Source of the DNA: Squalus acanthias
Lineage: Eukaryota
DNA: 64,000 nt
Assembly: GCA_030390025.1 (NCBI GenBank)
Contig: CM059431.1
Span: 138,510,001 to 138,574,000, forward strand
Direction of reading: 5' to 3'
The notes under the pieces were generated by a model that did not search any database, was not told the origin of the DNA, and saw nothing but the letters and a program-made list of their open reading frames with translations. Positions 40,017 through 51,567 of this stretch are shown in pieces (position 1 is the stretch's first letter; every line of letters begins with the position of its first letter). A program made the position numbers and the translations under genes.

Positions 40017-40298
40017 AGTAAATTTTCCCAGTAAAAAAGTAAATTTTTTTTTTAAAGCTTTTCGTTTTACATACATACGGCAGCTTTTGACACGTTAGAA
40101 CCCCTGCGACTTCACCTCATTGTCTCAGTTGTATCTTGCTATGTCTTTTGATGTGGTACCTTCCTGGCTGACTTAATTAACTTTATCACACCTCGGCAGA
40201 TAGTCAGGATGATTTAATTTATTGGTCTGCAATTGTAAAGTACACATGCTTTTTTTTTCCATCTATATATGCTCTGACGATTCTGTATCCAATTTACT

Positions 40299-40336
40299 TC
40301 ACCTGAGGAAGGAGCGATAGTTCCGAAAGCTTGTGA
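40299..40336 (+). ncRNA. Minimal hammerhead ribozyme (pLTR copy 3)
   Basis: TCACCTGAGGAAGGAGCGATAGTTCCGAAAGCTTGTGA. Confidence 0.85.
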
Positions 40337-40423
40337 TTTCAAATAAAACTGTTGGACTATAACCTGGTGTTGTGCGACCTCTCAATTTTGTCCACCCCAG
40401 TCCAACACCGGCATCTCCGCATC

Positions 40424-43102
40424 ATGACCACTATCGACACCACAAACTGCCGGCTCAAAGTGGAGAGAATCGCCAAGAAGATCGCGCATATCGACACCGA
40501 CATCAAGTATCTACAGAGATGCAAGAAAGCAGACAAGATCCCGAAAGGACTACAGATCACGAACCCACTCAAGTCGACATACAACACAGACTACGCTGAG
40601 AGACTCTGCCGTCGTACCTCTCGCACACTCCTCAACCATCTTGTACACCAGCTCTACAGCAAACGCCACAACCTCGAAACCAAGATAGAGTCCATGCTCT
40701 CAGCCTGTGCTCAGGACACAGCAGACCAGTTACGAGACACCACCAAACAGACGAGGCAACGGAACTACGCTGCCTACATGCGCATCAAGAACAGGAAGCT
40801 TGAGAAACTCGGCATCACCACCAGCAGCAACCAAGCCTCCCCCGGTACCACGGCTGCAACCACAGGGAAGTCCATCGTCAACTTGTCCGACCATACCCTT
40901 CAACCAGACGAAATCGAAGTTCTCGCCCTAGGGCTCAAGTTCTGCCCAACCACCAAAATGGACCCCATCGGTCTCGCGGCAGACACGGAGGAATTCATCA
41001 GGAGAATGAGGCTCCGGGAATACTTCCACAAATCCCAAGATGTCAGCAACAAACCCAATGAGACAATCAATGATCCAGAACAGCAGACAGAGGGACTCGC
41101 AGTGCAGCAACCGAAGAAAAAAGAGTCAAACTGGACCCCTCCGGAGGGTCGCTGCCCCAAGCTTGACATGTATGCTCAAGCTGTCAGGAAATGCATCAAC
41201 GCCAGATTCATCAGCCGCACTCACAAGACAGTCCAGAATGTCACCCGAGCACAACGCAACGCCATCCACGCTCTCAAGACCAACCGCAACATTGTCATCA
41301 AACCAGCGGACAAAGGAGGAGCCATCGTCATACAGAACAGAACGGACTATTGTAAAGAAGCATACCGACAACTGGACAACCAGGAACACTACAGACAGCT
41401 ACCCGCAGATCCGACCAAAGAACACACCCGCCAACTCAATAGACTGATCAAGACCTTCGATCCAGACCTTCAAAACATCCTACGCGCTCTCATCCCACGT
41501 ACTCCCCGCGTGGGAGACTTCTACTGCCTCCCAAAGATACACAAAGCCAACACACCCGGACGTCCTATCGTATCAGGCAATGGAACCCTGTGTGAGAACC
41601 TCTCTGGATACGTCGAGGGCATTCTGAAACCCATCGTACAGGGAACCCCCAGCTTCTGTCGCGACACTACAGACTTCTTACAGAAACTCAGCACCCACGG
41701 ACCAGTTGAACCAGGAACACTCCTTGCCACGATGGACGTATCGGCACTCTACACCAGTATCCCCCACGATGACGGCATCGCTGCAACAGCCTCAGTACTC
41801 AACATCAACAACAGCCAATCTCCAGACGCCATCCTACAACTCATCCGCTTCATCCTTGACCACAATGTCTTCACCTTCGACAACCATTTTTTTACCCAAA
41901 CACACGGAACAGCCATGGGGACCAAATTCGCACCCCAATACGCCAACATCTTCATGCACAAGTTCGAGCAAGACTTCTTCGCTGCACAGGACCTCCAGCC
42001 AACGCTGTACACCAGATACATCGACGACATTTTCTTCCTTTGGACCCATGGCGAAGGATCACTGAAAAGACTACACGATAACATAAACAAGTTCCATCCC
42101 ACCATCAAACTCACCATGGACTACTCCTCAGAATCGGTCTCATTCCTGGACACACGAATCTCCATCAAAGACGGACACCTCAGCACTTCACTCTACCGCA
42201 AGCCCACGGACAACCTCACGATGCTCCACTTCTCCAGCTTCCACCCTAACCATGTTAAAGAAGCCATCCCCTATGGACAAGCCCTGCGAATACACAGGAT
42301 CTGCTCAGACGAGGAGGAACGCGATGGACACCTACGGACGCTGAAAAACGCCCTCGTAAGAACGGGATATGACGCTCGACTCATCGATCGACAGTTCCGA
42401 CGGGCCACAGCGAAAAATCGCATAGACCTCCTCAGAAGGCAAACACGGGACACAACCAACAGGGTACCCTACGTCGTCCAGTACTTCCCCGGAGCGGAGA
42501 AACTACGACATGTTCTTCGCAGCCTTCAACATGTCATCGATGACGACAAACACCTCGCTAAGGCCATCCCCACGCCTCCACTACTTGCCTTCAAACAGCC
42601 GCCTAACCTCAGAAGTACCATCGTTCGCAGCAAATTACCCAGCTTTCAGGATAACAGCGACCACGACACCACACAACCCTGCCATGGCAAACTCTGCAAG
42701 ACATGCCAGATCATCAACACAGATACCACCATCACACGTGAGGACACTACCCACCAGGTACATGGTACATACTCATGTGACTCGGCCAACGTTGTCTACC
42801 TCATACGTTGCAGGAAAGAATGCACCGCGGCATGGTACATCGGCGAGACCATGCAGACACTGAGACAACGTATGAACGAGCACCGCGCAACAATCGCCAG
42901 GCAGGATTGTTCCCTCCCAGTCGGGGAACACTTCAGCAGTCAAGGACATTCAGCCTCGGATCTGCGGGTAAGCGTTCTCCAAGGCAACCTTAGAAACACA
43001 CGACAACGCAAAATCATCGAGCAGAAACTGATAGCCAAGTTCTGCACTCATGAAGACGGTCTCAATCGGGATCTTGGGTTTATGTCACGATACATGACGT
43101 GA
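40424..43102 (+). CDS. PLE polyprotein RT + GIY-YIG, intact, 892 aa
   Basis: Same motifs as 34792-37470; ATG at 40424. Confidence 0.96.
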   Translation: MTTIDTTNCRLKVERIAKKIAHIDTDIKYLQRCKKADKIPKGLQITNPLKSTYNTDYAERLCRRTSRTLLNHLVHQLYSKRHNLETKIESMLSACAQDTADQLRDTTKQTRQRNYAAYMRIKNRKLEKLGITTSSNQASPGTTAATTGKSIVNLSDHTLQPDEIEVLALGLKFCPTTKMDPIGLAADTEEFIRRMRLREYFHKSQDVSNKPNETINDPEQQTEGLAVQQPKKKESNWTPPEGRCPKLDMYAQAVRKCINARFISRTHKTVQNVTRAQRNAIHALKTNRNIVIKPADKGGAIVIQNRTDYCKEAYRQLDNQEHYRQLPADPTKEHTRQLNRLIKTFDPDLQNILRALIPRTPRVGDFYCLPKIHKANTPGRPIVSGNGTLCENLSGYVEGILKPIVQGTPSFCRDTTDFLQKLSTHGPVEPGTLLATMDVSALYTSIPHDDGIAATASVLNINNSQSPDAILQLIRFILDHNVFTFDNHFFTQTHGTAMGTKFAPQYANIFMHKFEQDFFAAQDLQPTLYTRYIDDIFFLWTHGEGSLKRLHDNINKFHPTIKLTMDYSSESVSFLDTRISIKDGHLSTSLYRKPTDNLTMLHFSSFHPNHVKEAIPYGQALRIHRICSDEEERDGHLRTLKNALVRTGYDARLIDRQFRRATAKNRIDLLRRQTRDTTNRVPYVVQYFPGAEKLRHVLRSLQHVIDDDKHLAKAIPTPPLLAFKQPPNLRSTIVRSKLPSFQDNSDHDTTQPCHGKLCKTCQIINTDTTITREDTTHQVHGTYSCDSANVVYLIRCRKECTAAWYIGETMQTLRQRMNEHRATIARQDCSLPVGEHFSSQGHSASDLRVSVLQGNLRNTRQRKIIEQKLIAKFCTHEDGLNRDLGFMSRYMT

Positions 43103-43436
43103 TCCGGACTCGAGTCGTCGTTAGCTTGTTCACAGATGTGATTCCCAGTAAAAAAGTAAAAATTTTCCCAGTAAAAAAGTAAATTTTTTTTTAAAGCTTT
43201 TCGTTTTACATACATACGGCAGCTTTTGACACGTTAGAACCCCTGCGACTTCACCTCATTGTCTCAGTTGTATCTTGCTATGTCTTTTGATGTGGTACCT
43301 TCCTGGCTGACTTAATTAACTTTATCACACCTCGGCAGATAGTCAGGATGATTTAATTTATTGGTCTGCAATTGTAAAGTACACATGCTTTTTTTTCCAT
43401 CTATATATGCTCTGACGATTCTGTATCCAATTTACT

Positions 43437-43474
43437 TCACCTGAGGAAGGAGCGATAGTTCCGAAAGCTTGTGA
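43437..43474 (+). ncRNA. Minimal hammerhead ribozyme (pLTR copy 4)
   Basis: Identical to 40299-40336. Confidence 0.85.
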
Positions 43475-43561
43475 TTTCAAATAAAACTGTTGGACTATAA
43501 CCTGGTGTTGTGCGACCTCTCAATTTTGTCCACCCCAGTCCAACACCGGCATCTCCGCATC

Positions 43562-46240
43562 ATGACCACTATCGACACCACAAACTGCCGGCTCAAAGTG
43601 GAGAGAATCGCCAAGAAGATCGCGCATATCGACACCGACATCAAGTATCTACAGAGATGCAAGAAAGCAGACAAGATCCCGAAAGGACTACAGATCACGA
43701 ACCCACTCAAGTCGACATACAACACAGACTACGCTGAGAGACTCTGCCGTCGTACCTCTCGCACACTCCTCAACCATCTCGTACACCAGCTCTACAGCAA
43801 ACGCCACAACCTCGAAACCAAGATAGAGTCCATGCTCTCAGCCTGTGCTCAGGACACAGCAGACCAGTTACGAGACACCACCAAACAGACGAGGCAACGG
43901 AACTACGCTGCCTACATGCGCATCAAGAACAGGAAGCTTGAGAAACTCGGCATCACCACCAGCAGCAACCAAGCCTCCCCCGGTACCACGGCTGCAACCA
44001 CAGGGAAGTCCATCGTCAACTTGTCCGACCATACCCTTCAACCAGACGAAATCGAAGTTCTCGCCCTAGGGCTCAAGTTCTGCCCAACCACCAAAATGGA
44101 CCCCATCGGTCTCGCGGCAGACACGGAGGAATTCATCAGGAGAATGAGGCTCCGGGAATACTTCCACAAATCCCAAGATGTCAGCAACAAACCCAATGAG
44201 ACAATCAATGATCCAGAACAGCAGACAGAGGGACTCGCAGTGCAGCAACCGAAGAAAAAAGAGTCAAACTGGACCCCTCCGGAGGGTCGCTGCCCCAAGC
44301 TTGACATGTATGCTCAAGCTGTCAGGAAATGCATCAACGCCAGATTCATCAGCCGCACTCACAAGACAGTCCAGAATGTCACCCGAGCACAACGCAACGC
44401 CATCCACGCTCTCAAGACCAACCGCAACATTGTCATCAAACCAGCGGACAAAGGAGGAGCCATCGTCATACAGAACAGAACGGACTATTGTAAAGAAGCA
44501 TACCGACAACTGGACAACCAGGAACACTACAGACAGCTACCCGCAGATCCGACCAAAGAACACACCCGCCAACTCAATAGACTGATCAAGACCTTCGATC
44601 CAGACCTTCAAAACATCCTACGCGCTCTCATCCCACGTACTCCCCGCGTGGGAGACTTCTACTGCCTCCCAAAGATACACAAAGCCAACACACCCGGACG
44701 TCCTATCGTATCAGGCAATGGAACCCTGTGTGAGAACCTCTCTGGATACGTCGAGGGCATTCTGAAACCCATCGTACAGGGAACCCCCAGCTTCTGTCGC
44801 GACACTACAGACTTCTTACAGAAACTCAGCACCCACGGACCAGTTGAACCAGGAACACTCCTTGCCACGATGGACGTATCGGCACTCTACACCAGTATCC
44901 CCCACGATGACGGCATCGCTGCAACAGCCTCAGTACTCAACATCAACAACAGCCAATCTCCAGACGCCATCCTACAACTCATCCGCTTCATCCTTGACCA
45001 CAATGTCTTCACCTTCGACAACCATTTTTTTACCCAAACACACGGAACAGCCATGGGGACCAAATTCGCACCCCAATACGCCAACATCTTCATGCACAAG
45101 TTCGAGCAAGACTTCTTCGCTGCACAGGACCTCCAGCCAACGCTGTACACCAGATACATCGACGACATTTTCTTCCTTTGGACCCATGGCGAAGGATCAC
45201 TGAAAAGACTACACGATAACATAAACAAGTTCCATCCCACCATCAAACTCACCATGGACTACTCCTCAGAATCGGTCTCATTCCTGGACACACGAATCTC
45301 CATCAAAGACGGACACCTCAGCACTTCACTCTACCGCAAGCCCACGGACAACCTCACGATGCTCCACTTCTCCAGCTTCCACCCTAACCATGTTAAAGAA
45401 GCCATCCCCTATGGACAAGCCCTGCGAATACACAGGATCTGCTCAGACGAGGAGGAACGCGATGGACACCTACGGACGCTGAAAAACGCCCTCGTAAGAA
45501 CGGGATATGACGCTCGACTCATCGATCGACAGTTCCGACGGGCCACAGCGAAAAATCGCATAGACCTCCTCAGAAGGCAAACACGGGACACAACCAACAG
45601 GGTACCCTACGTCGTCCAGTACTTCCCCGGAGCGGAGAAACTACGACATGTTCTTCGCAGCCTTCAACATGTCATCGATGACGACAAACACCTCGCTAAG
45701 GCCATCCCCACGCCTCCACTACTTGCCTTCAAACAGCCGCCTAACCTCAGAAGTACCATCGTTCGCAGCAAATTACCCAGCTTTCAGGATAACAGCGACC
45801 ACGACACCACACAACCCTGCCATGGCAAACTCTGCAAGACATGCCAGATCATCAACACAGATACCACCATCACACGTGAGGACACTACTCACCAGGTACA
45901 TGGTACATACTCATGTGACTCGGCCAACGTTGTCTACCTCATACGTTGCAGGAAAGAATGCACCGCGGCATGGTACATCGGCGAGACCATGCAGACACTG
46001 AGACAACGTATGAACGAGCACCGCGCAACAATCGCCAGGCAGGATTGTTCCCTCCCAGTCGGGGAACACTTCAGCAGTCAAGGACATTCAGCCTCGGATC
46101 TGCGGGTAAGCGTTCTCCAAGGCAACCTTAGAAACACACGACAACGCAAAATCATCGAGCAGAAACTGATAGCCAAGTTCTGCACTCATGAAGACGGTCT
46201 CAATCGGGATCTTGGGTTTATGTCACGATACATGACGTGA
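43562..46240 (+). CDS. PLE polyprotein RT + GIY-YIG, intact, 892 aa
   Basis: Protein appears identical to the 40424 copy; offset 3138 bp. Confidence 0.96.
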   Translation: MTTIDTTNCRLKVERIAKKIAHIDTDIKYLQRCKKADKIPKGLQITNPLKSTYNTDYAERLCRRTSRTLLNHLVHQLYSKRHNLETKIESMLSACAQDTADQLRDTTKQTRQRNYAAYMRIKNRKLEKLGITTSSNQASPGTTAATTGKSIVNLSDHTLQPDEIEVLALGLKFCPTTKMDPIGLAADTEEFIRRMRLREYFHKSQDVSNKPNETINDPEQQTEGLAVQQPKKKESNWTPPEGRCPKLDMYAQAVRKCINARFISRTHKTVQNVTRAQRNAIHALKTNRNIVIKPADKGGAIVIQNRTDYCKEAYRQLDNQEHYRQLPADPTKEHTRQLNRLIKTFDPDLQNILRALIPRTPRVGDFYCLPKIHKANTPGRPIVSGNGTLCENLSGYVEGILKPIVQGTPSFCRDTTDFLQKLSTHGPVEPGTLLATMDVSALYTSIPHDDGIAATASVLNINNSQSPDAILQLIRFILDHNVFTFDNHFFTQTHGTAMGTKFAPQYANIFMHKFEQDFFAAQDLQPTLYTRYIDDIFFLWTHGEGSLKRLHDNINKFHPTIKLTMDYSSESVSFLDTRISIKDGHLSTSLYRKPTDNLTMLHFSSFHPNHVKEAIPYGQALRIHRICSDEEERDGHLRTLKNALVRTGYDARLIDRQFRRATAKNRIDLLRRQTRDTTNRVPYVVQYFPGAEKLRHVLRSLQHVIDDDKHLAKAIPTPPLLAFKQPPNLRSTIVRSKLPSFQDNSDHDTTQPCHGKLCKTCQIINTDTTITREDTTHQVHGTYSCDSANVVYLIRCRKECTAAWYIGETMQTLRQRMNEHRATIARQDCSLPVGEHFSSQGHSASDLRVSVLQGNLRNTRQRKIIEQKLIAKFCTHEDGLNRDLGFMSRYMT

Positions 46241-46576
46241 TCCGGACTCGAGTCGTCGTTAGCTTGTTCACAGATGTGATTCCCAGTAAAAAAGTAAAAA
46301 TTTTCCCAGTAAAAAAGTAAATTTTTTTTTTAAAGCTTTTCGTTTTACATACATACGGCAGCTTTTGACACGTTAGAACCCCTGCGACTTCACCTCATTG
46401 TCTCAGTTGTATCTTGCTATGTCTTTTGATGTGGTACCTTCCTGGCTGACTTAATTAACTTTATCACACCTCGGCAGATAGTCAGGATGATTTAATTTAT
46501 TGGTCTGCAATTGTAAAGTACACATGCTTTTTTTTTCCATCTATATATGCTCTGACGATTCTGTATCCAATTTACT

Positions 46577-46614
46577 TCACCTGAGGAAGGAGCGATAGTT
46601 CCGAAAGCTTGTGA
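46577..46614 (+). ncRNA. Minimal hammerhead ribozyme (pLTR copy 5)
   Basis: Identical to 40299-40336; lies ~45 nt from the right end of the insertion. Confidence 0.85.
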
Positions 46615-49600
46615 TTTCAAATAAAACTGTTGGACTATAACCTGGTGTTGTGCGACCTCTTATATTCTATGCCTAAGCTAATGAAGGCAAGTATCCCATA
46701 TGCCTTTTTAACTACCTTATCTACCTGTCCTGCTGCCTTCAGGGATCTATGTACATGCACACCAAGGTCCCACTGATCCTCTGTCCTTCCTAGGGTCCTA
46801 CCATTCATTGTGCATTCCCTTGCCTTGTTAGTCCTCCCAAAATGCAACACCTCACACTTTTCAGGGTTAAATTCCATTTGTCACTGTTCTGCCCATCTGA
46901 CCAACCCGTCTATCTAGTCCTGTAGCCTGAGGATTCCCTCCTCACTATTTACCACTCCACCAATTTTCATGTCATCTGCGAACTTACTGATCATACCTCC
47001 TACATTCATATCTAAATCATTAATGTGCACGACAAACAGCAAAGGACCCAGCACCGATCCCTGCGGTACACCACTGGACACAGGCTTCCAGTCACAAAAA
47101 CAACCTTCGACCATCACCCTCTGCCTCCTGCCACTAAGCCAATTTTGGATCCAATGTGCCAAATTGCCCTGGATCCCATGGGCTCTTACCTTCTTAACTA
47201 GTCTCCCATGCGGGACTTGTCAAAAAGCCTTACTGAAGTCCATGTAGACTACATCAACTGCACTACCCTCATCCACACACCTAGTCACCTCCTCGAAAAA
47301 TTCAATCAAATTGTTTAGACATGATCTCCCCCTGACAAAGCTAATGCTGACTGTCCTTGATTAATCCTTGCTTCTCCAAGTGGAGACTAATTCTGTCCCT
47401 CAGAATTTTTTCCAATAATTTCCCTACCACTGATGTTAGGCACACTGGCCTGCAATTCCCTGATTTATCCCTACTACCCTTCTTGAATAATGGTACTAAG
47501 TTAGCTGTCCTCCAGTTTTCAGGCACCTCCCCTGTGGCCAGAGAGGAGCTGAAAATTTGTGTCAGAGCCCCTGAAATCTCCTCCATTGCCTCACACAGCA
47601 GCCTGGGATACATCTCGTCTGGGCCTGGGGATTTATCCACTTTTAAGCCCGCTAAAACCACTAATACCTCCTCCCTCTCGATGCGGATTTGTTCAAGTAT
47701 ATCACAATCCCCCTGCCTGATTTCTATGCTGACATCGTCCTTCTCCACAGTGAACACAGATGCAAAATATTCATTTAAAACGGCTCTACACACAGATTGC
47801 CACTTTGGTCCCTAATGGGCCCTACTCTTTTCCAAGTTATCCTCTTGCCCTTAATATACTTATAAAACACCTTGGGATTTTCCTTTATTTTGCCCGCCAG
47901 TATTTTTTCATGCCCCCTCTTTGCTCTCCTAATTTCTTTTTTAAGTAACCCCCTGCACTTTCTATACTCTTCTAGGGCTTCCACTGTTTTTAGTCCTTTG
48001 TACCTGCCAAAAGCCTCCATTTTTTTCCTAATCCATTCTTGTATATCCCTTGACATCCAGGGTTCCCTGGACTTGTTGGTCCCACCTTTGACCTTTACGG
48101 GAACATGTTGTCACTGTACTCTCTCTGTTTCCTTTCTGAATGACTCCCACTGCTCTGATGTGGATTTTCCTACAAGTAGCTGATCCCAGTCCACTTTAGC
48201 CAGATCCTGCCTTATTTAGAACCTTTATTTCCGGTCCATCTTTGTCCTTTTCCATGACTACTTTAAATCTCACCAAATTATGGTCACTGTCAGCAAAATG
48301 CTCTCCTACTGACATTTCTACCACTTGCCTAGAATTAGGTCCAGTACCACCCCCTCTCTGGTAGGACAGTCTACATGCTGGCTCAAAAAGCTCTCCTGGA
48401 TGCACTTTAAGAATTCCGCCCCTTCTCAGCCTTTCACACTCTGACTATCCCAGTTAATATTGGGGAAGTTGAAATCCCCTACTATTATTACCCTATTATT
48501 TCTACACTTCTGAGATTTGCCTACATATCTGTTCCTCTATCTCCCCCTGACTGTTTGGGGGCCTATAGTACACTCCCAGCAAAGTGCTTGCCCCCTTTTT
48601 GTTTTCAAGTTCTACCCATATGGCCTCATTCGAGGAACCTGCTAAGACATCATCCCTCCTTACAGCAGTAATTGACTCCTTGATTAATATTGCGACACCC
48701 CCTCCTCTTTTACACCCCCCTCTGTCTCGCCTGAAGATTATATACCCCGGAAGATTGAGCTGCCAGTCATGCCCCTCCCTCAACCATGTCTCTGTGATAG
48801 CAACAATATCATACTCCCATGTGTTCAACACCTTCAATTCATCTGCCTTACTCGTAAGACTCCTTGCATTAAAATAAATGCCATCCAGCCTTGCCATACT
48901 CCCTTGCGCCGTTACATATTTGCTGTGCCTTCCAGACTGACTTGGTTTTTTCCTCTATATTTGGCTTTGCATCACCCCCTACTATAGCTCCACTCCGTAT
49001 CCCATCCCCCTGCCAAGTTAGTTTAAACCGCCCTCAACAGCACTAGCAAACCTCCCCACAAGGATGTTGGTCCCGTTCCGGTTCAGGTGCAACCTGTCTG
49101 ACATGTACAGGTCCCACCTTCCCCAGAAACAGATCCAGTGATCCAGGAAACTAAAGCCCTCCCTCCTGCACCAACTCTTTAGCCACGCATTCATCTGCTC
49201 TTTCCTCCTATTCCTATACTCACTAGCACTTGGCACCGGGAGTAATCCAGAGATTACAACCTTTGAGGTCCCGCTTTTTAATCTGCTACCTAACTCCCTA
49301 AATTCTTGTTGCAGGACCTCATCCCTCTTTCTACCTATGTCGTTGGTACTAATGTGAACCACGACCTCTGACTTTTCACCCTCCCCTTTCAGAATGCCCT
49401 GCAGCCGTTCAGTGACATCCTTGACCCTGGCACCAGGGAGGCAACATACCATCCTGGAGTCACGTCTGCGGCTGCAGAAACACCTGTCTGCACCCCTCAC
49501 TATTGAGACTCCTACCACTATTGCCCTTCCACTCTTACTCCTCCCCACTTCTGCAGCTCAGGATAAAGACTGTAAAATCCCTACTTGTTCACAAGGATCC

Positions 49601-49782
49601 ATTTTAGATTCTCCAGTCCTTAGGGAATTTCTAACCGATCCTTTTATTATTGGTCATATTTGTGTTGAATCTGCTTCTCTCTGGTTTAACTGAACTGTTT
49701 GTTTCCCTTCATTACGGAGCAACAACACAATCCGTGACTGTTCTACAATTCGCCCAACAGTTAGAGACAAATAAACAGTTAC

Positions 49783-51520
49783 CTCAACACCCGGCATTTG
49801 TGCAGTACGGGTCCCAGCCGCTGGAGTCCCTCACACTGAATGGAGCAGAAGTCCAGATCGAGGTGTTTTACTGTATCACAGAGTCCAATGACATGAGACA
49901 GGACCGCACAGTCAATCGGGGTCAATGCCATGTCACTAAATGTGAGTGAGTTCACAGATCCCACTGTGGCCCGAGCCAGTGCTTTATTCTGAGACTCAAA
50001 CAGGTAGTGCAATGTGTTCAGGAGGTTCCTTTTACCAGTTTCACTCTCTGTGTCTCCAATCTGTCCCTCAACCTTCTCCTTCACCCAGTCAATCACTCGG
50101 CAGGTGGTTTGATGAAGAAATGGACCCAGAAACTCCTCCAGGGGCCGAGCTGACTGTGGAGAGGAGAGACCAGCAACAAAACGGAGAAATATCTCAAATC
50201 GCCCATCTTCCTCGCTGTGGGCTTCTCTGAGGAGTTTCAGGATGTCCCCGGGATCTGGAGTCAGGAATTGTGCGAGTGCGGCTACAAACTCTTGGATGGT
50301 GAGGTGCGGGAATGTGTACACCACGCTCTGGGCAGAATCATCCCTCTCCAAAAGTTCCATCATGAACCCAGACAGGAACTGGGAAGGTTGCAGATTGTAC
50401 TTGATCAAATCTCCATTTCTAAACACAATCTTCTTCTCGGAGACTCCTGTGAAGGCCATCTCACCAAGCTTCAGTAACACATCACGGGGGCTTTCAATCT
50501 CTCGGCCATGGTTTTTCAGAATGTTGTAGATATAGTAGGAATATAGTTGGGTGATGGTCTTGGGAACTCGCTGCTGATTCCTGTCTCTTTGTGTAAAGAA
50601 GGGACCCAGTGACAGACCGAGGATGAAGCAGTAGGAAGGGTTGAAGCTCATAGTGTACAGGATCTCGTTCTCCTCCACGTGTTTGAAAACAGCTGCTGCC
50701 ACCGTCTGATCTTCAAAAAACTTGTTGAAATATTCCTTCCGTTCTTCACCAACAAATCCCAGGATTTCAGCCCAGACACTGATCTCCGCCTTTTCCAATA
50801 AATGTAATGCAGTGGGGCGGCTGGTCACTAGCACTGAACATCCTGGGAGCAGCTTGTGCTGTATTAAACTGTACACAATGTCAGACACTTCACACCAGTC
50901 TTCAGGATCAGTGCACATGTGCTGAGGTTCTGTATTTCTCTGATTGTCAGCAAAATCGATACTGTCCTTGAATTCATCCAAACCATCGAATATAAACAGC
51001 AATCCCTCTGGGTTCTTCCAGAGCTCTCCCAGAATATTCCCAAAGTAAGGATACAGATCCAGTATCAGATTCCTCAGGTTTATTCTACAGTTAATAGCGT
51101 TCAAATCCCGGAATTTAAAGCTGAAAACAAATTGAAAATGTGGGAATATTTTCCCAGTGGCCCAGTCATGAACAATCTTTTGTACCATTGTTGTTTTTCC
51201 AATCCCCGGGACTCCGCTCACTGCACCTGAACTCCCACAATTGGATTTTCTCCGGGAAAAACTGCTCTGGAACAATTGATCAGTTCGGATTTTTTCCAGT
51301 TCTCTCCGGAGATGTTTCTCTCTCCACTCTTCATGGTCTCGGCCTCTTGCCAGCAGTTCATGTTCTACAAGTGTCCGATCTCGAACAGTAGAAATGACCG
51401 TTAGCTCAGCGTATCGATCAACCAGCTGGAAAATCTTAACCTTCTCCTTTATTAGGATAGTGTTCACTCTCAGTGTTTCAGTTTGTACCCGCAGTGTTTC
51501 CTTGTGTTTCTGTTGAACAT
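49783..51520 (-). CDS. NLR NACHT exon (1738 nt)
   Basis: (D)VQQKHKETLR..., Walker A GVPGIGKT, Walker B LLFIFDGLDE, VLVTSRP, winged-helix FPHLTIQEF. TTGAAG acceptor, GTAACT donor. Open throughout. Confidence 0.96.
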
Positions 51521-51567
51521 CTTCAATTAGAACAGACAGAAAGTGGTTTCAATGTTAGTTGCTAACC

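Larger units (their letters stand above)
34334..46656. mobile_element. Composite Penelope-like retroelement insertion: 1.8 units on minus and 2 units plus pLTR on plus, head-to-head; unit ~3138 bp
   Basis: Near-identical units. Flanking direct repeat CTCTTATATTCTATG at 34319-34333 and 46657-46671. Inversion point at ATTCCC 40011-40016. Confidence 0.96.
29770..49550 (-). mobile_element. CR1 LINE (ORF1 esterase end, EN, RT, 3' UTR) split into 46657-49550, 34103-34333 and 29770-30112 by nested insertions
   Basis: Consecutive ORF fragments VCCLPGARVKDV, MARLDGIYFNARS, SGVPQGSVLGP/FADD, EYKSREVM..LVRPQMEYC and VYKFMKGIDRVD are collinear across the breaks. Confidence 0.88.

Noticed and set aside
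40352..40423. 916-aa N-terminal extension of the PLE ORF
   Set aside because: Starts at TTG within the pLTR; the first ATG is at 40424. Non-AUG initiation cannot be shown from sequence.
34901..46131. Short overlapping and antisense ORFs within PLE units
   Set aside because: Shadow frames that recur only because the units are near-identical; no recognisable motifs.
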